From Actinomycetes bacterium (GTDB lineage Bacteria; Actinomycetota; Actinomycetes; JAHEKZ01): a stretch of 64,000 nt of DNA. The DNA is taken from positions 2,064-66,063 of the forward strand of contig DASUFV010000064.1 of assembly GCA_036274415.1 (NCBI GenBank), in the 5' to 3' direction. Below the pieces are notes generated by a model. That model searched no databases, was not told where the DNA came from, and was given only the letters and a program-made list of their open reading frames with translations. Of this stretch, positions 34,601 to 43,147 are shown one piece after another. Position 1 is the first letter of the stretch. The number at the start of each line of letters is the position of its first letter. Both the position numbers and the translations under genes were made by a program.

Positions 34601-36654
34601 CCACGAAGGTCAAGACCATCCGGTTCCAGTGGGCTAACGTGGACCCGATCTACTCGGACGATCACTTCTACATCAACTGGGGCGTCTTCAGGGCGGTTGG
34701 GCAGCCACTCCCGAGCATCGTGTGGCGTGGCGACCTCGGCGGGGCCAGCGGCGGTACGAGCGGCTCGTGGCACATCCGCACGACTGGCGGCCTGCTTGAC
34801 GGAACGCTGATCCCCAACAGCTTCTGGAACGACTTCACGATCTATACGTGGACGTGCTACGACGACGGCGGGACGTTCTACACCTCGATTACCGATGGCG
34901 TCGACACGTATACGGCAAGCCAGGGGTACAGCGGCGACCAGGACATGCGACTCGGGCTCACGTTCCATTCCGCCCTGCAGTTCCCCTTCGACGAGACCGG
35001 ACGATCGATCGCGATCCACGACATCGACATCCCTGAGATCAACGCTTGCTCCGAGTACCGCTTCGACAACTTCAACCGGACGGTGTCTGGCAACTGGGGC
35101 GTCTCAGATCAGGGTGATCCGTGGACTAATACTGGCCCCGGTGGCTATACGGCCAAAGCGGTTGCCGATGGTTACGGCAAGATCGAGCAAGGTCCGGGCT
35201 TCACGGGTGGTCTGACCGGGGTCAAGGTCAACGGCAGCCAGTCCGGCTCCGGTCGCTGGAAAGACACCATATTCTCCTGTCTCACCAGACTAAAGATCCA
35301 AGCGTCCAGCGCGGGCAGTAACGGCACAGCTGGGTTCTTCTTCGATCAAACTGCGAGCCCGTTTGGCAGAACCGGCTTCGGGATCAACAAAGGCACCGAT
35401 GTAATCGAGCTGTTCTTCGGTGACGCCTTCTCGTCGAGCACCTCCATCAGTGCGGCAACGACCCTGACGGTCGGTAGCCACTACCTGATCCGCTATGAGC
35501 GCACGGAAGACAGCCATCGCGTGAAGATCTGGGCAGATGGCACAGCCGAACCGACCAGCTGGACGCTGGAAGACGACGGGATCACGTGGGGTGGCGCAGA
35601 CGACTTCACGATCTACCACCAGCGCAGTTCCTCGTCCAGCCTCGACTGGAAGGTCTGGTACGACTACATCGACTTCGACTACGAGGGCAAGCCGTGCCAC
35701 TGCTCCGAGATCGGCGAGACCGTCGTTCTTGACGACTTCAATCGGTCGAGTGGGGGCCCTGGATGGGGCGTAGCCAGTTCGGGCTTTGAGTGGTTCGAGC
35801 ATTTCGACTGGTCCGGGTTGTCGGTTGACGGCACGCGAGCGGTGGCGCACTGGGGATCGTCAGACAGCGATACATTCGGCACCTGGCTAGGCAGCCCGCT
35901 CTCTGCGGGTGGGACCGGCCCGTGGGCGACGTACCCATCGTGGGAGATGACGGCCCGCTGGAGGTTTGACGTAGTAGCGAGCATCCCCAGCATCGGTGGC
36001 GGATCGCCTGACGCTGCCCTTCAGTTCGTGATTGCGAATACGCCTGGGTCGATCAGGCTCCGCGTCGACGTCACTGATACGTCGAGCTACGATCCGATCA
36101 TCTACATCGACAACGCTTCGGGTGGGAACTCAGCCGTTGCGAACTGGGTAGCCCTCGCGAACACCGATTACCTGATCAAGTGGCAGTACGCCAGCGGAGT
36201 TCATCGAGCAAAGATCTGGCAGGCAAGCGCGGCTGAACCTCCATGGATGGTCACCGCTGTGGCGCCTGCGACGCTCAACCCGACCTCGTTCACGGTGAAT
36301 CAGACCTACAAAGACTCGATTACGCTGACGACTCCGTGGAGAGAACGCAATCAGTGGATCGACTACATCTCCTTCACCGAAGTTGGGTGCGTCGAGGGCG
36401 GGGGCGGCGACGGCCTGCCAAACAGCGGCTTTGTGTGCGAGACCCTTGAGCACTCAGGCGGCAACGGCCCGTTCTTCGCCAGCCGCAGCTTCGGATATGG
36501 CACGCTCGAGGTCTACATCAACGGGGAGCTGCTGTTCCCTGACCAGTACACCTCCACCAGCGCGTCGTTCACCCTGGAGGCGACGATCGCGTCGAACGCG
36601 CAGCTTCGGATCTGCTACAACGCCCTCGGCCCAACCGCACTGGGAGACGTCTGA
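31615..36654 (+). CDS. large multi-domain minor tail / fibre protein
   Basis: 1679 aa. Domain order: 7 copies of the LINQAAATFAPTV repeat, a LamG domain, a module homologous to the N-terminus of gene 36654, then three roughly 230-aa repeated C-terminal modules (F-R-V-GWG-SD-G-W). Confidence 0.85.
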   Translation: MPTFNKGFFDPNIFDTGPVGEAFQNNAFQHDAFQVGDVVVGFINQTATPFAPTISTVGAQTYSAPLIDRTAVAFAPTVSLSLSVGLINQAAVAFAPLVAKKQTVTVARINQNAVANAPAVVLGEYAVLIVSHTPVAYWRLGEASGTTAGDSWDSHPGFYENTPTLGVTGALANDTNKAVTLNGTNEWISVADHSDFDYEGDFTFEAWVKHSGVFGTFHDALIGKGPGNVPFWWIAPDGDMVLRDGSLSTNVSRTVDPVITDTNWHHLVVTYEKGVECRMFVDGVEVAVDGFNDATFVNGSGSVGLGSGWGSVWSDGWHGSLDEIAIYNYVLTPTQVTQHYLVGAGVDVILPRINQAAVAFSPSVVGGTLFVTLPLINQAAATFAPTVAGPQDVALGLINQAAATFAPTITGGTVFTDASASLAVSLDMTATASSDVVGGASLGIDVNLTATAERDLPLPTPPGGGGSGGTGGNSGGPYPPSITVIKVNGVDVSDDVRYRDATFTSQVNGTPGECSFAIRDLGHEHGFKFGQTITVDVNGKRQWRGFVRQVKRQYTAPVVDTTDPDTTARWFLIIGWDINVLLQKRIVWNKSNPTKGLLTPPSSLRDPKHAGQWVEDSPVEDVVRYCLQNYTDLPADGVSLSGIDMAGTPNPDFAAAYSGAMPIDAFMHDLNRLLSGIYYITPHMRFCYHSVEKTTTPYIISDAPHLAGSYGVGPREYELVSDGAQMVNDAMLWGTAPGVDVPGGGVAVFSRTTDSDSIDRHGRWQLGDTNFGIYKQTSADQRTESMVYGNDASRIAPKDDRISVLATVFEPLFELGDVVRCEQRVFDGTPDTPFETDEDYVAINLPVRRMTLTFPTKTATRWQVLLTQELDEPWSIYEYIFPKIPGFRFPPWPPFGPWPPLPWPDIPEGWGPGDGGCTDEVCGITDTFSRTVLGGWGTSDAGVAWTTAVLGSGTTSINVLGNVYGSLLNSGSSAGTSVVATLGGTVPNEYVTRWDPTKVKTIRFQWANVDPIYSDDHFYINWGVFRAVGQPLPSIVWRGDLGGASGGTSGSWHIRTTGGLLDGTLIPNSFWNDFTIYTWTCYDDGGTFYTSITDGVDTYTASQGYSGDQDMRLGLTFHSALQFPFDETGRSIAIHDIDIPEINACSEYRFDNFNRTVSGNWGVSDQGDPWTNTGPGGYTAKAVADGYGKIEQGPGFTGGLTGVKVNGSQSGSGRWKDTIFSCLTRLKIQASSAGSNGTAGFFFDQTASPFGRTGFGINKGTDVIELFFGDAFSSSTSISAATTLTVGSHYLIRYERTEDSHRVKIWADGTAEPTSWTLEDDGITWGGADDFTIYHQRSSSSSLDWKVWYDYIDFDYEGKPCHCSEIGETVVLDDFNRSSGGPGWGVASSGFEWFEHFDWSGLSVDGTRAVAHWGSSDSDTFGTWLGSPLSAGGTGPWATYPSWEMTARWRFDVVASIPSIGGGSPDAALQFVIANTPGSIRLRVDVTDTSSYDPIIYIDNASGGNSAVANWVALANTDYLIKWQYASGVHRAKIWQASAAEPPWMVTAVAPATLNPTSFTVNQTYKDSITLTTPWRERNQWIDYISFTEVGCVEGGGGDGLPNSGFVCETLEHSGGNGPFFASRSFGYGTLEVYINGELLFPDQYTSTSASFTLEATIASNAQLRICYNALGPTALGDV

Positions 36655-38240
36655 TGCCGACCGGCTCCACGATCGCCATCAAGATCGCGGGCGTGAACGT
36701 CACGAGCTATGTGCTGCCGTCGACGTGCCGCTTCGAGAGCCAGCTCAACGCCGTTGCTGGGACGTGGCAGTTCACGCTCAAGGACGTCGACCACACGCTG
36801 GGTCCGTTCGAGACCGGCTCGATCATGGACCTGACCGTTGACGGGACGCAGCTGTACCTCGGCTTCTTGCTCCAGGTGAGCCGGACCTACCCGTTCCCGG
36901 CGATGGACACGGTCAATACGCCGCCTGACGAGACCCCTCGCTACTGGACGTTGCGCGGCGTCGACTTCAACCGGCTGTTCGACAAGCGGGTGCTGCGCAA
37001 CCCGGCCGACTTCTATCACCAGCTGCCGAACTTCCCGAGCACGTCGATGGACGGCGACCTGATCCAGCAGCTGTGTGATGACTTCCTCGACCTCGACGGG
37101 CTGGTCGACTACACCACCCATGTCGAGAACATCCGACCGCCGTTCGAGGGGCAGGACGAGGGCGCCTGGCTGGCGCAGGGCACGCCGTGGCGCAAGCAGA
37201 TGGAGGACTTCGCCCAGTTCTCGGGCGCCGTCTGGTACCTCGGCCCGAAGAACGCCACGACGGCGTACCTCTGGTACAAGGAGATCGAGGACGCTGTGCA
37301 TCGCTGGGGGTTCAGCGACAACCCCAACTACAACTCGATCAGCGCGTCTCCGACGAGCTTCCAAGGCGCCACGATCGGCCCGCGCGAGATCGAGGCGACC
37401 GAGGCAGGTGACCACATGGTCAACGACGCCCTGATCTGGGGAGGCAGCTCGTGGGCGGGCGGCACCGGCGGCATCGTGTTCGCCCGGGAGACCAACGCGA
37501 CCTCGATCACCGAGCACGGCCGCTGGCAGTACGCCGAGGTCCACATCGGCGAGGAGGGCTACAAGCTGCAGGAGGGCGTTGACGTTCGCGCCGACGTCAT
37601 CGTCAACGGTCCCCCTGGTGCGGTCGATGCCGACCAACAGCGCGGTCTGCGCTACCCCCAATGGAACGTGCGCCTGACGTGGTTCGCCCATCAAGTGCCG
37701 ACCATCTCAGGCGTTCCGGATCACCTCTACCCGGGCGCGCTGTCGACGATCGAGCTGCAGGTGTTCGAGGACGGCGATCCACTCACGCTGCTGTTGCCGT
37801 GCCGCCAGATCACGATCACGATCCCATCGCTCGATCCGAATGGCGATGGCTACGTGCAGTTCGGCGGGTTCTTCGGCCTGCAGCCTGACGATCCGTACAC
37901 GCTCTGGCGGTTCCTGCTCAAGGCTCAGCGGACGGCGCAGCAGGCGCTCATCGCAGTCGTCGACGAGAACTCAGATGCGACCCAGTACGGCGCAATCGGC
38001 AACTTCATCCCGACACCGGCGCCGAACGGGTCCGCAACTGTGTTCACCTGCGCGTTCGGCTACATCGCGGGGACCACGAGGGTCTACCTCAAGCCAGCCG
38101 GATCCACTGGCGGCGGCCTGCTGCTCTATCCGGGCCTCGACTACACCGAGTCGGACCCGATCGCGGGGCAGATCACCCTCAACGTGGCGCCCGCCACGGG
38201 CTCGCAGCTGATGGTCAACTGCCGGACGCTCGGCTCGTAG
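36654..38240 (+). CDS. minor tail protein (N-terminal module shared with 31615..36654; Dit-like?)
   Basis: 528 aa. ATGA overlap. IAIKIAGVNV...FTLKDVDH...GF.LQV.RTY aligns to an internal segment of the upstream protein. Confidence 0.65.
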   Translation: MPTGSTIAIKIAGVNVTSYVLPSTCRFESQLNAVAGTWQFTLKDVDHTLGPFETGSIMDLTVDGTQLYLGFLLQVSRTYPFPAMDTVNTPPDETPRYWTLRGVDFNRLFDKRVLRNPADFYHQLPNFPSTSMDGDLIQQLCDDFLDLDGLVDYTTHVENIRPPFEGQDEGAWLAQGTPWRKQMEDFAQFSGAVWYLGPKNATTAYLWYKEIEDAVHRWGFSDNPNYNSISASPTSFQGATIGPREIEATEAGDHMVNDALIWGGSSWAGGTGGIVFARETNATSITEHGRWQYAEVHIGEEGYKLQEGVDVRADVIVNGPPGAVDADQQRGLRYPQWNVRLTWFAHQVPTISGVPDHLYPGALSTIELQVFEDGDPLTLLLPCRQITITIPSLDPNGDGYVQFGGFFGLQPDDPYTLWRFLLKAQRTAQQALIAVVDENSDATQYGAIGNFIPTPAPNGSATVFTCAFGYIAGTTRVYLKPAGSTGGGLLLYPGLDYTESDPIAGQITLNVAPATGSQLMVNCRTLGS

Positions 38241-38292
38241 GCGACTATCGTCTCCCTGTCGCAAGACACCTACCTCGTCGCACCATAGGGTC

Positions 38293-38517
38293 ATGTCCTA
38301 CCCCGTTGAGGTTGAGGTCGTCCTCGAACGCAACGCGCGGACCTTCGAGGTCCACCGCCGCGTCCGCCTCCCAGGTCGCCCGGGGTTGATGTCGTACGAA
38401 CAGTGCAACCGTGACGCCACGGACACTTTCCTCGAGATCCCCGATCTCACCGAGATCAAGACCAAAGAGGAGCTCTGCGGCATCTGCTTCGACCTCTCTG
38501 AGCTGATCGAGGAGTAG
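38293..38517 (+). CDS. hypothetical small protein
   Basis: 74-aa ORF between the tail genes and the lysis genes. Confidence 0.45.
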   Translation: MSYPVEVEVVLERNARTFEVHRRVRLPGRPGLMSYEQCNRDATDTFLEIPDLTEIKTKEELCGICFDLSELIEE

Positions 38518-38521
38518 CCCC

Positions 38522-39646
38522 ATGGGCGCGTACGAGCCGATGAGCGCGGTCATGTCGAAGGCCGTCTCGCTTGCCGAGAAGAACCTCTCCTTCCAGCAGT
38601 TCGGCCAGGTCGACGACGAGAGCGCGTGGGACGGCGCCGCGGCCTGTACGCACGTCGTGTGCCAGTTCCTCGCGTTGCTGTGGACGGGGCGGCGCCTGAC
38701 GATCGACCAGGTGAGCGCCAAGGCTGGCTACCCGTACCGGCCGCGCAACAGCGCCGGTCAACCGCGCGGCATGAACAACACCGAGCTCGCCCGGTTCTTC
38801 TCGAACATGGGCCTGCCATACGTCATCCGCTTCGGCCAGACGTTCGACACGATGGCGTCGTTCCTCAAGTACGGCCCGGTGTTCCTAGGTGTCCGCCACG
38901 GCTCGATCCCCGAGTGGAAGGACTTCGTCTACTTCGGCACTCGCGCCGACGGCAGCCCCAACGGCTATGCGCGCCGGTACGGCAGGACGCAGCTGACGGG
39001 CTTCGAGAACGGCCGCCACGCGGTGCTGCTGCTCGGGCGGCGGCAGTACGTGAGCGACTCGGCTTCGGCCACCGTGACGTGCGACACGATCGTCAGGCGC
39101 GGCGCGACGATCTCGTCCCAGAAGCTCGGTGCGATCAGCAAGGGCGCGACGGTCCACATCACGGCCACCGTGGACGGCAGCCATTGGTCCGGGTGTGGCA
39201 AGGACGGCACGCGGTGGCACCGGATCACCTCGATCAATGGCAAGTCGACCAGGGCGCGCTACGGGCGCGCGTACGCCTACATCGCGTCTGGCCTGACGAC
39301 GTCGCCCGGCCCGGTGGTGCTTCGCACTGACGTGTGGCGCAAGGATCCCAATCACAACAGCGGGTCGCGGCCTGAGAACCCGCCCTACGACGTCATCCGC
39401 AATGGCCAGTCCGAGGTCGAGTACCTGCACTACCGGACCAAGCTCGGGTCGACGCTGTACGGAGCGATCCCAACACGGCGACTCGGCGTGGTAGGGCTCA
39501 GCGAGGCCGAGGACATTGCCGCGGAGCTTGGGCTTGATGACGAGCCTCTGACCATCCCCGAGAACCTCGGGGAACCACCCGACGAGGACGGTGCAGATGA
39601 TGCCGTTCCGAGCGACGAAGCAGTAGGGAGTGAACTTCATGGATGA
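38522..39646 (+). CDS. putative endolysin: N-terminal Cys/His peptidase-like domain plus central SH3b-like domain
   Basis: AAACTHVVCQ...GRHAVLLLG suggests a catalytic Cys/His pair. TVHITATVDGSHWSG...WHRITSINGKSTRARYG is SH3b-like. Confidence 0.55.
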   Translation: MGAYEPMSAVMSKAVSLAEKNLSFQQFGQVDDESAWDGAAACTHVVCQFLALLWTGRRLTIDQVSAKAGYPYRPRNSAGQPRGMNNTELARFFSNMGLPYVIRFGQTFDTMASFLKYGPVFLGVRHGSIPEWKDFVYFGTRADGSPNGYARRYGRTQLTGFENGRHAVLLLGRRQYVSDSASATVTCDTIVRRGATISSQKLGAISKGATVHITATVDGSHWSGCGKDGTRWHRITSINGKSTRARYGRAYAYIASGLTTSPGPVVLRTDVWRKDPNHNSGSRPENPPYDVIRNGQSEVEYLHYRTKLGSTLYGAIPTRRLGVVGLSEAEDIAAELGLDDEPLTIPENLGEPPDEDGADDAVPSDEAVGSELHG

Positions 39647-39896
39647 GCGATATGTGCAGGCGGGGATCAGGTTCGTCATCGCGTTGATCCTGGGCGCCGT
39701 GGGCGCTGGGGCCGCGAACTACACGATCCTGTCGAGCCTCGTCAGCGATCCGATCTACTCGACCATCGTGGTCGCGGTGATCTTCGGCGTGCTGAACTTC
39801 ATCAGCAAGGCCGTCGGCGGGCCGACGGTGCCGTCCCCGATCAACGTGGGGCTCGGTGCCGCAAAGCCGGAGCGCCCCAACCCTCTGTCGGTGTAG
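39630..39896 (+). CDS. holin-like membrane protein (2 TM)
   Basis: Hydrophobic segments IRFVIALILGAVGAGAA and IYSTIVVAVIFGVLNFI. Overlaps the 3' end of the lysin gene. Confidence 0.5.
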   Translation: MNFMDERYVQAGIRFVIALILGAVGAGAANYTILSSLVSDPIYSTIVVAVIFGVLNFISKAVGGPTVPSPINVGLGAAKPERPNPLSV

Positions 39897-40057
39897 ATGG
39901 ATGCCGGAGCGGCGCGCCAGCGGGAACCGTTCGGCTGGCCGCTCCGGTGTCCAACTTGCACCGGGGGGTCATACTTCGGGAGGCTGAAGGTCCCCGGTGA
40001 TGCCGCCGGGAACAAGATCAGTTTGAAGTGCCCTAACTGCGGGTCGAGGCTGGTGGC

Positions 40058-40381
40058 ATGTCGCCCGAACAGCTGATCACGACCGGCAGCGGCATCCTCA
40101 TCCTCGCGGCAATCGTGATCGCGTTCTACACCGACCGTGTTCTGACGAAGTCAAACCACGAGGCGTCGATCAAGGCCCTGACTGAGATGTGGGCCGACCG
40201 GTTCGCCGATGAGCGAGCTGAGAAGGAAGCCTGGAAAGCCCAGGCTCAGCAGCTTGCCCCGGCCGTCGCCGAGATGGCCGAGGAGCTGGAGGCAGCCAAT
40301 GCACGAGACGAGGCGTGGAAGACCGCGTTCCTGTCGAAGATTGACTCGCCCGAAGGCGCGCCCGATCGGCGTCAGCGATGA
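40058..40381 (+). CDS. membrane-anchored coiled-coil protein (lysis accessory or spanin-like?)
   Basis: N-terminal TM ILILAAIVIAFY, then EAWKAQAQQLAPAVAEMAEELEAANARDEAWK. Confidence 0.45.
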   Translation: MSPEQLITTGSGILILAAIVIAFYTDRVLTKSNHEASIKALTEMWADRFADERAEKEAWKAQAQQLAPAVAEMAEELEAANARDEAWKTAFLSKIDSPEGAPDRRQR

Positions 40382-40599
40382 GTTGGCTCAGCCGACTGAT
40401 CCTCGCTAGGGTCGCCCGGATGCATCAGGAGCCGCCCGTGCGCAACCCGGATCCAGAACTGGTCGACCACGCGATCAAGACATCGCGCGCGCTGTCCAAG
40501 TCAGACCGTGCGCTGGAGGCTCGCCGTCGCCTGAACCTCGAGCTCGAATATGCCGAGGATGTCATTCGGAGAGCACGTGTCGATCGAGCTTCTGGTTAG
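40378..40599 (+). CDS. hypothetical protein
   Basis: ATGA overlap. 73 aa. Confidence 0.4.
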   Translation: MSWLSRLILARVARMHQEPPVRNPDPELVDHAIKTSRALSKSDRALEARRRLNLELEYAEDVIRRARVDRASG

Positions 40600-40939
40600 C
40601 CTTGCGAGCACCGTCATCCTCGCCCTCCTCGTACTTCGTGGGATCCGGGCGACCTACAAGATCCACCTCATCTACGCGCAGGACGAGCGCCACCCGAAGT
40701 CGTCGATCCTGGCCACGATCCGCTACGGGTCGCTCATCAAGGTCCTCGCTGCGCTGTGGTTTCTGATCTGGGCGATGGTGGGTATCTTCCTCACGCCCGA
40801 CAACGAGGTTCTACTGTTTGCCCGGGTAGGTGGCGTCGTGTGGGCGGCCTTCGTGCTGGATCTGCCGACCCGCTACCTGAACATGATCCATTCCATCCAG
40901 GACGGGGCAACGGTTCCGCCAGGAGACACCCATGACTGA
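40550..40939 (+). CDS. integral membrane protein (3-4 TM)
   Basis: Hydrophobic segments ELLVSLASTVILALLVL, AALWFLIWAMVGIFL and GGVVWAAFVL. Start could be ATG 40550 or 40559. Confidence 0.5.
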   Translation: MPRMSFGEHVSIELLVSLASTVILALLVLRGIRATYKIHLIYAQDERHPKSSILATIRYGSLIKVLAALWFLIWAMVGIFLTPDNEVLLFARVGGVVWAAFVLDLPTRYLNMIHSIQDGATVPPGDTHD

Positions 40940-41624
40940 CAGCATGATCCAGCTGAAGGGGCGGCACGTCACTGCTGACCGGCGCCTGGATCGGATCCCC
41001 GAGTTCGATCCGAAGTCGCGTCGCTTCGGGGTTGCCCCCGTGCTGCCCGACAAGCCACCGCGCTCCTTCACGTGGCGCACCTCGTTCGTGCTCGACCAGG
41101 GGCAGGAAGGCGCTTGCGTGGGCTTCGGCTGGAGCCACGAGCTGCTGGCGCGCCCGATCATCCAGCCCGGAGTCAACAACGCCTTCGCCCAGCAGCTGTA
41201 TCGCGAGGCGCAGCAGCTCGACGAGTGGCCCGGCGAGGACTACTCGGGCACGTCGCTGCTGGCAGGCGCCAAGGCGGTCCAGGCGCGCGGGCACATGAAG
41301 GAGTACCGCTGGGGCTTCAGCATCGACGACCTGATCATGGCCCTCGGCTACCAGGGGCCAGTCGTGCTCGGGCTCAACTGGTACACGGGCATGATGAACA
41401 CCGATGCCGAGGGCTACATCCGGCCGACCGGCCAGGTCGAGGGCGGCCACTGCATCGCCGCGCTCGGGTGGAACGTCCGGCTCAACCGGGCCGAGCTGGT
41501 CAACAGCTGGGGAGTCGACTGGGGCAACGGTGGCTTCTGCTACATCGGCCGCGATGACCTCGAGCGCCTGCTCCACGAGCAGGGTGAGCAGTGCATCCCG
41601 GTGGGGCGCGTCAAGGTCGTCTAG
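40932..41624 (+). CDS. papain-family (C1A) cysteine peptidase
   Basis: QGQEGACVGFGWS carries the Gln and the Cys-Trp active site. GGHCIAALGW carries the His. NSWGVDWGNGGFCYI is the Asn-Ser-Trp-Gly motif. Confidence 0.75.
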   Translation: MTDSMIQLKGRHVTADRRLDRIPEFDPKSRRFGVAPVLPDKPPRSFTWRTSFVLDQGQEGACVGFGWSHELLARPIIQPGVNNAFAQQLYREAQQLDEWPGEDYSGTSLLAGAKAVQARGHMKEYRWGFSIDDLIMALGYQGPVVLGLNWYTGMMNTDAEGYIRPTGQVEGGHCIAALGWNVRLNRAELVNSWGVDWGNGGFCYIGRDDLERLLHEQGEQCIPVGRVKVV

Positions 41625-42023
41625 GTGGACGCATCCGACTACTTCGAGAACGCCATCCTCAACTGGTTCCGCGGGACAGCGTTCCCGGCGGCAACCGGCT
41701 CGGTCTGGGTCGCAGCCTTCATCACAGCCACCACCGATGCTGGCGGCGGTACGGAGGTCAGCGGCGGTTCATACGCCCGCGTGGAGATCCCGAAGGCATC
41801 GGGCGAGTGGTCGGCGCCGTCAGGGGGCACGATCAACCAAGTCGACGACGTCGTGTTCCCGACCGCCACCGCCAACTGGGGAACGATCACCCACATCGCC
41901 CTGTTCGACGCATCGTCGGGCGGCAACATGCTCGTCCATGGCGCCCTGAACGCCTCCCGAACGATCAACAGCGGAGACACCCTCAGACTGCCGTCAGGAG
42001 AACTGTCACTCGCCGCAGCGTAA
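41625..42023 (+). CDS. hypothetical Gly-rich protein
   Basis: GTG start directly after the upstream TAG. 132 aa. Confidence 0.5.
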   Translation: MDASDYFENAILNWFRGTAFPAATGSVWVAAFITATTDAGGGTEVSGGSYARVEIPKASGEWSAPSGGTINQVDDVVFPTATANWGTITHIALFDASSGGNMLVHGALNASRTINSGDTLRLPSGELSLAAA

Positions 42024-42042
42024 TAGGGTCGCCCAGAGAAAA

Positions 42043-42084
42043 CCCGCCGGGTCCATGGAGGGGCACCCGGCGGGTTTCCTGTTT
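42043..42084. terminator. strong bidirectional intrinsic terminator at the junction of the two arms
   Basis: AAA-CCCGCCGGGT-ccatggaggggc-ACCCGGCGGG-TTTCCTGTTT. Confidence 0.7.
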
Positions 42085-42266
42085 GAGGGGCCGGACTTCA
42101 GCCGTTGGCCCCGGTCTCCTCCACGATCCCGGGACGGCCTCCCGCTCCTGTCACGGTCACGGGCGACTCCTCGGCTGCAATGTACTTGACAGGCACCCCG
42201 AGACGCAAGTAGCCTACGCAGCGTTCCCGATGGCCGTCGGGGACATCGAGATGACGGAATGCCCCT

Positions 42267-42434
42267 CTAATCCGGGGGCAACGTAGCGCCGGACTTCATT
42301 CGCGGGTCCACCCCGAGCACGATCGCCCCCGTGTTGTAGGTCATCCCCTCGGTCTGGATGATCTGGCTCTGGCCATTCAGCCAGGTGACCTCGATCTGCC
42401 CCTTCTTCAACTCGACCGGCTTCTTCGCCGCCAT
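42267..42434 (-). CDS. hypothetical small protein (55 aa)
   Basis: AGGAGGtggaacgATG on the minus strand. Coding part of track ORF 42267..42518. Confidence 0.45.
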   Translation of the reverse strand: MAAKKPVELKKGQIEVTWLNGQSQIIQTEGMTYNTGAIVLGVDPRMKSGATLPPD

Positions 42435-42460
42435 CGTTCCACCTCCTGCTGCCTGATACC

Positions 42461-42481
42461 AAAAAGCCCCGGCGAACCGGG
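42461..42481 (-). terminator. candidate minus-strand terminator
   Basis: Minus-strand reading CCCGG-ttcg-CCGGG followed by GCTTTTT. Confidence 0.3.
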
Positions 42482-42745
42482 ACTTCTGGCTCGAGGCGGG
42501 ACTCCTGTATACCCGCACCGGGGCCGACGTCCTACAGTCGCTAGGACGACCCCAGACTCACCGTTACCGTGGCACCCGCCAGGCTCTTACCCCTGACGGC
42601 GGATTGACCTCTTTGACCCTGCCCGGGCCCGCTCGTCCACTCTGACCGGCCATCCTCATCGGCGTGGCTTGTTCCTCGAGACGCCGCCCGACAAGACGAT
42701 CATCCCGATGTTCGCCGTGAAGCAGTTCCGGGTGCCAGCCGTTCG

Positions 42746-43147
42746 CTAGTACCAGTCGCGGATCTTGTCGACCGCTGCGTAGAGGATCACCATGACATCG
42801 CGCGCGGTGTAGCGTTCGGCGTGCCCACGTGTCGCTGCCCGCGCGCATAGCCACTCGGCGGTGTCGGGGATCGGCTCACCGAGGACCATCACCCGGTAGA
42901 GCACTTCGTATTCGCGTAGTGAACGCTCGCGCAGGCGCTTGACGGCCCGCTTGAGCCGCGCTCGGTCCTCGTCGCCGTCACGGCTCGTCGTTCCGTCCAG
43001 CCAGTGGACGAACTGCGGGTGGAGCTCGGGATTGCCGTCGTCTCCTAGGTCTCGCAAGTGGAGCCTGAGCGGGACGTTGCTCGTCCAGAGATCGCGAAAC
43101 CAGCCGATCCACTGAGCGGTTTCCGACAGGTGCGTGCCCGTGATCAC
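42746..43147 (-). CDS. hypothetical protein, possible HTH DNA-binding protein
   Basis: 133 aa. C-terminal RERSLREYEVLYRVMVLGEPIPDTAEWL. Confidence 0.5.
   Translation of the reverse strand: MITGTHLSETAQWIGWFRDLWTSNVPLRLHLRDLGDDGNPELHPQFVHWLDGTTSRDGDEDRARLKRAVKRLRERSLREYEVLYRVMVLGEPIPDTAEWLCARAATRGHAERYTARDVMVILYAAVDKIRDWY

Noticed and set aside
41591-42286. 231-aa + strand ORF spanning the terminator region
   Set aside because: Arg/Gly-rich and low-complexity. It crosses a strong terminator hairpin and is the off-frame of gene 41625..42023.
42435-42745. tRNA or tmRNA gene, or attP core, in the untranslated stretches (also 45169-45761 and 49518-49862)
   Set aside because: No cloverleaf-compatible T-arm/acceptor pattern (GGTTCGAATCC-like) was found by eye. 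This cannot be excluded without a tRNA scanner.
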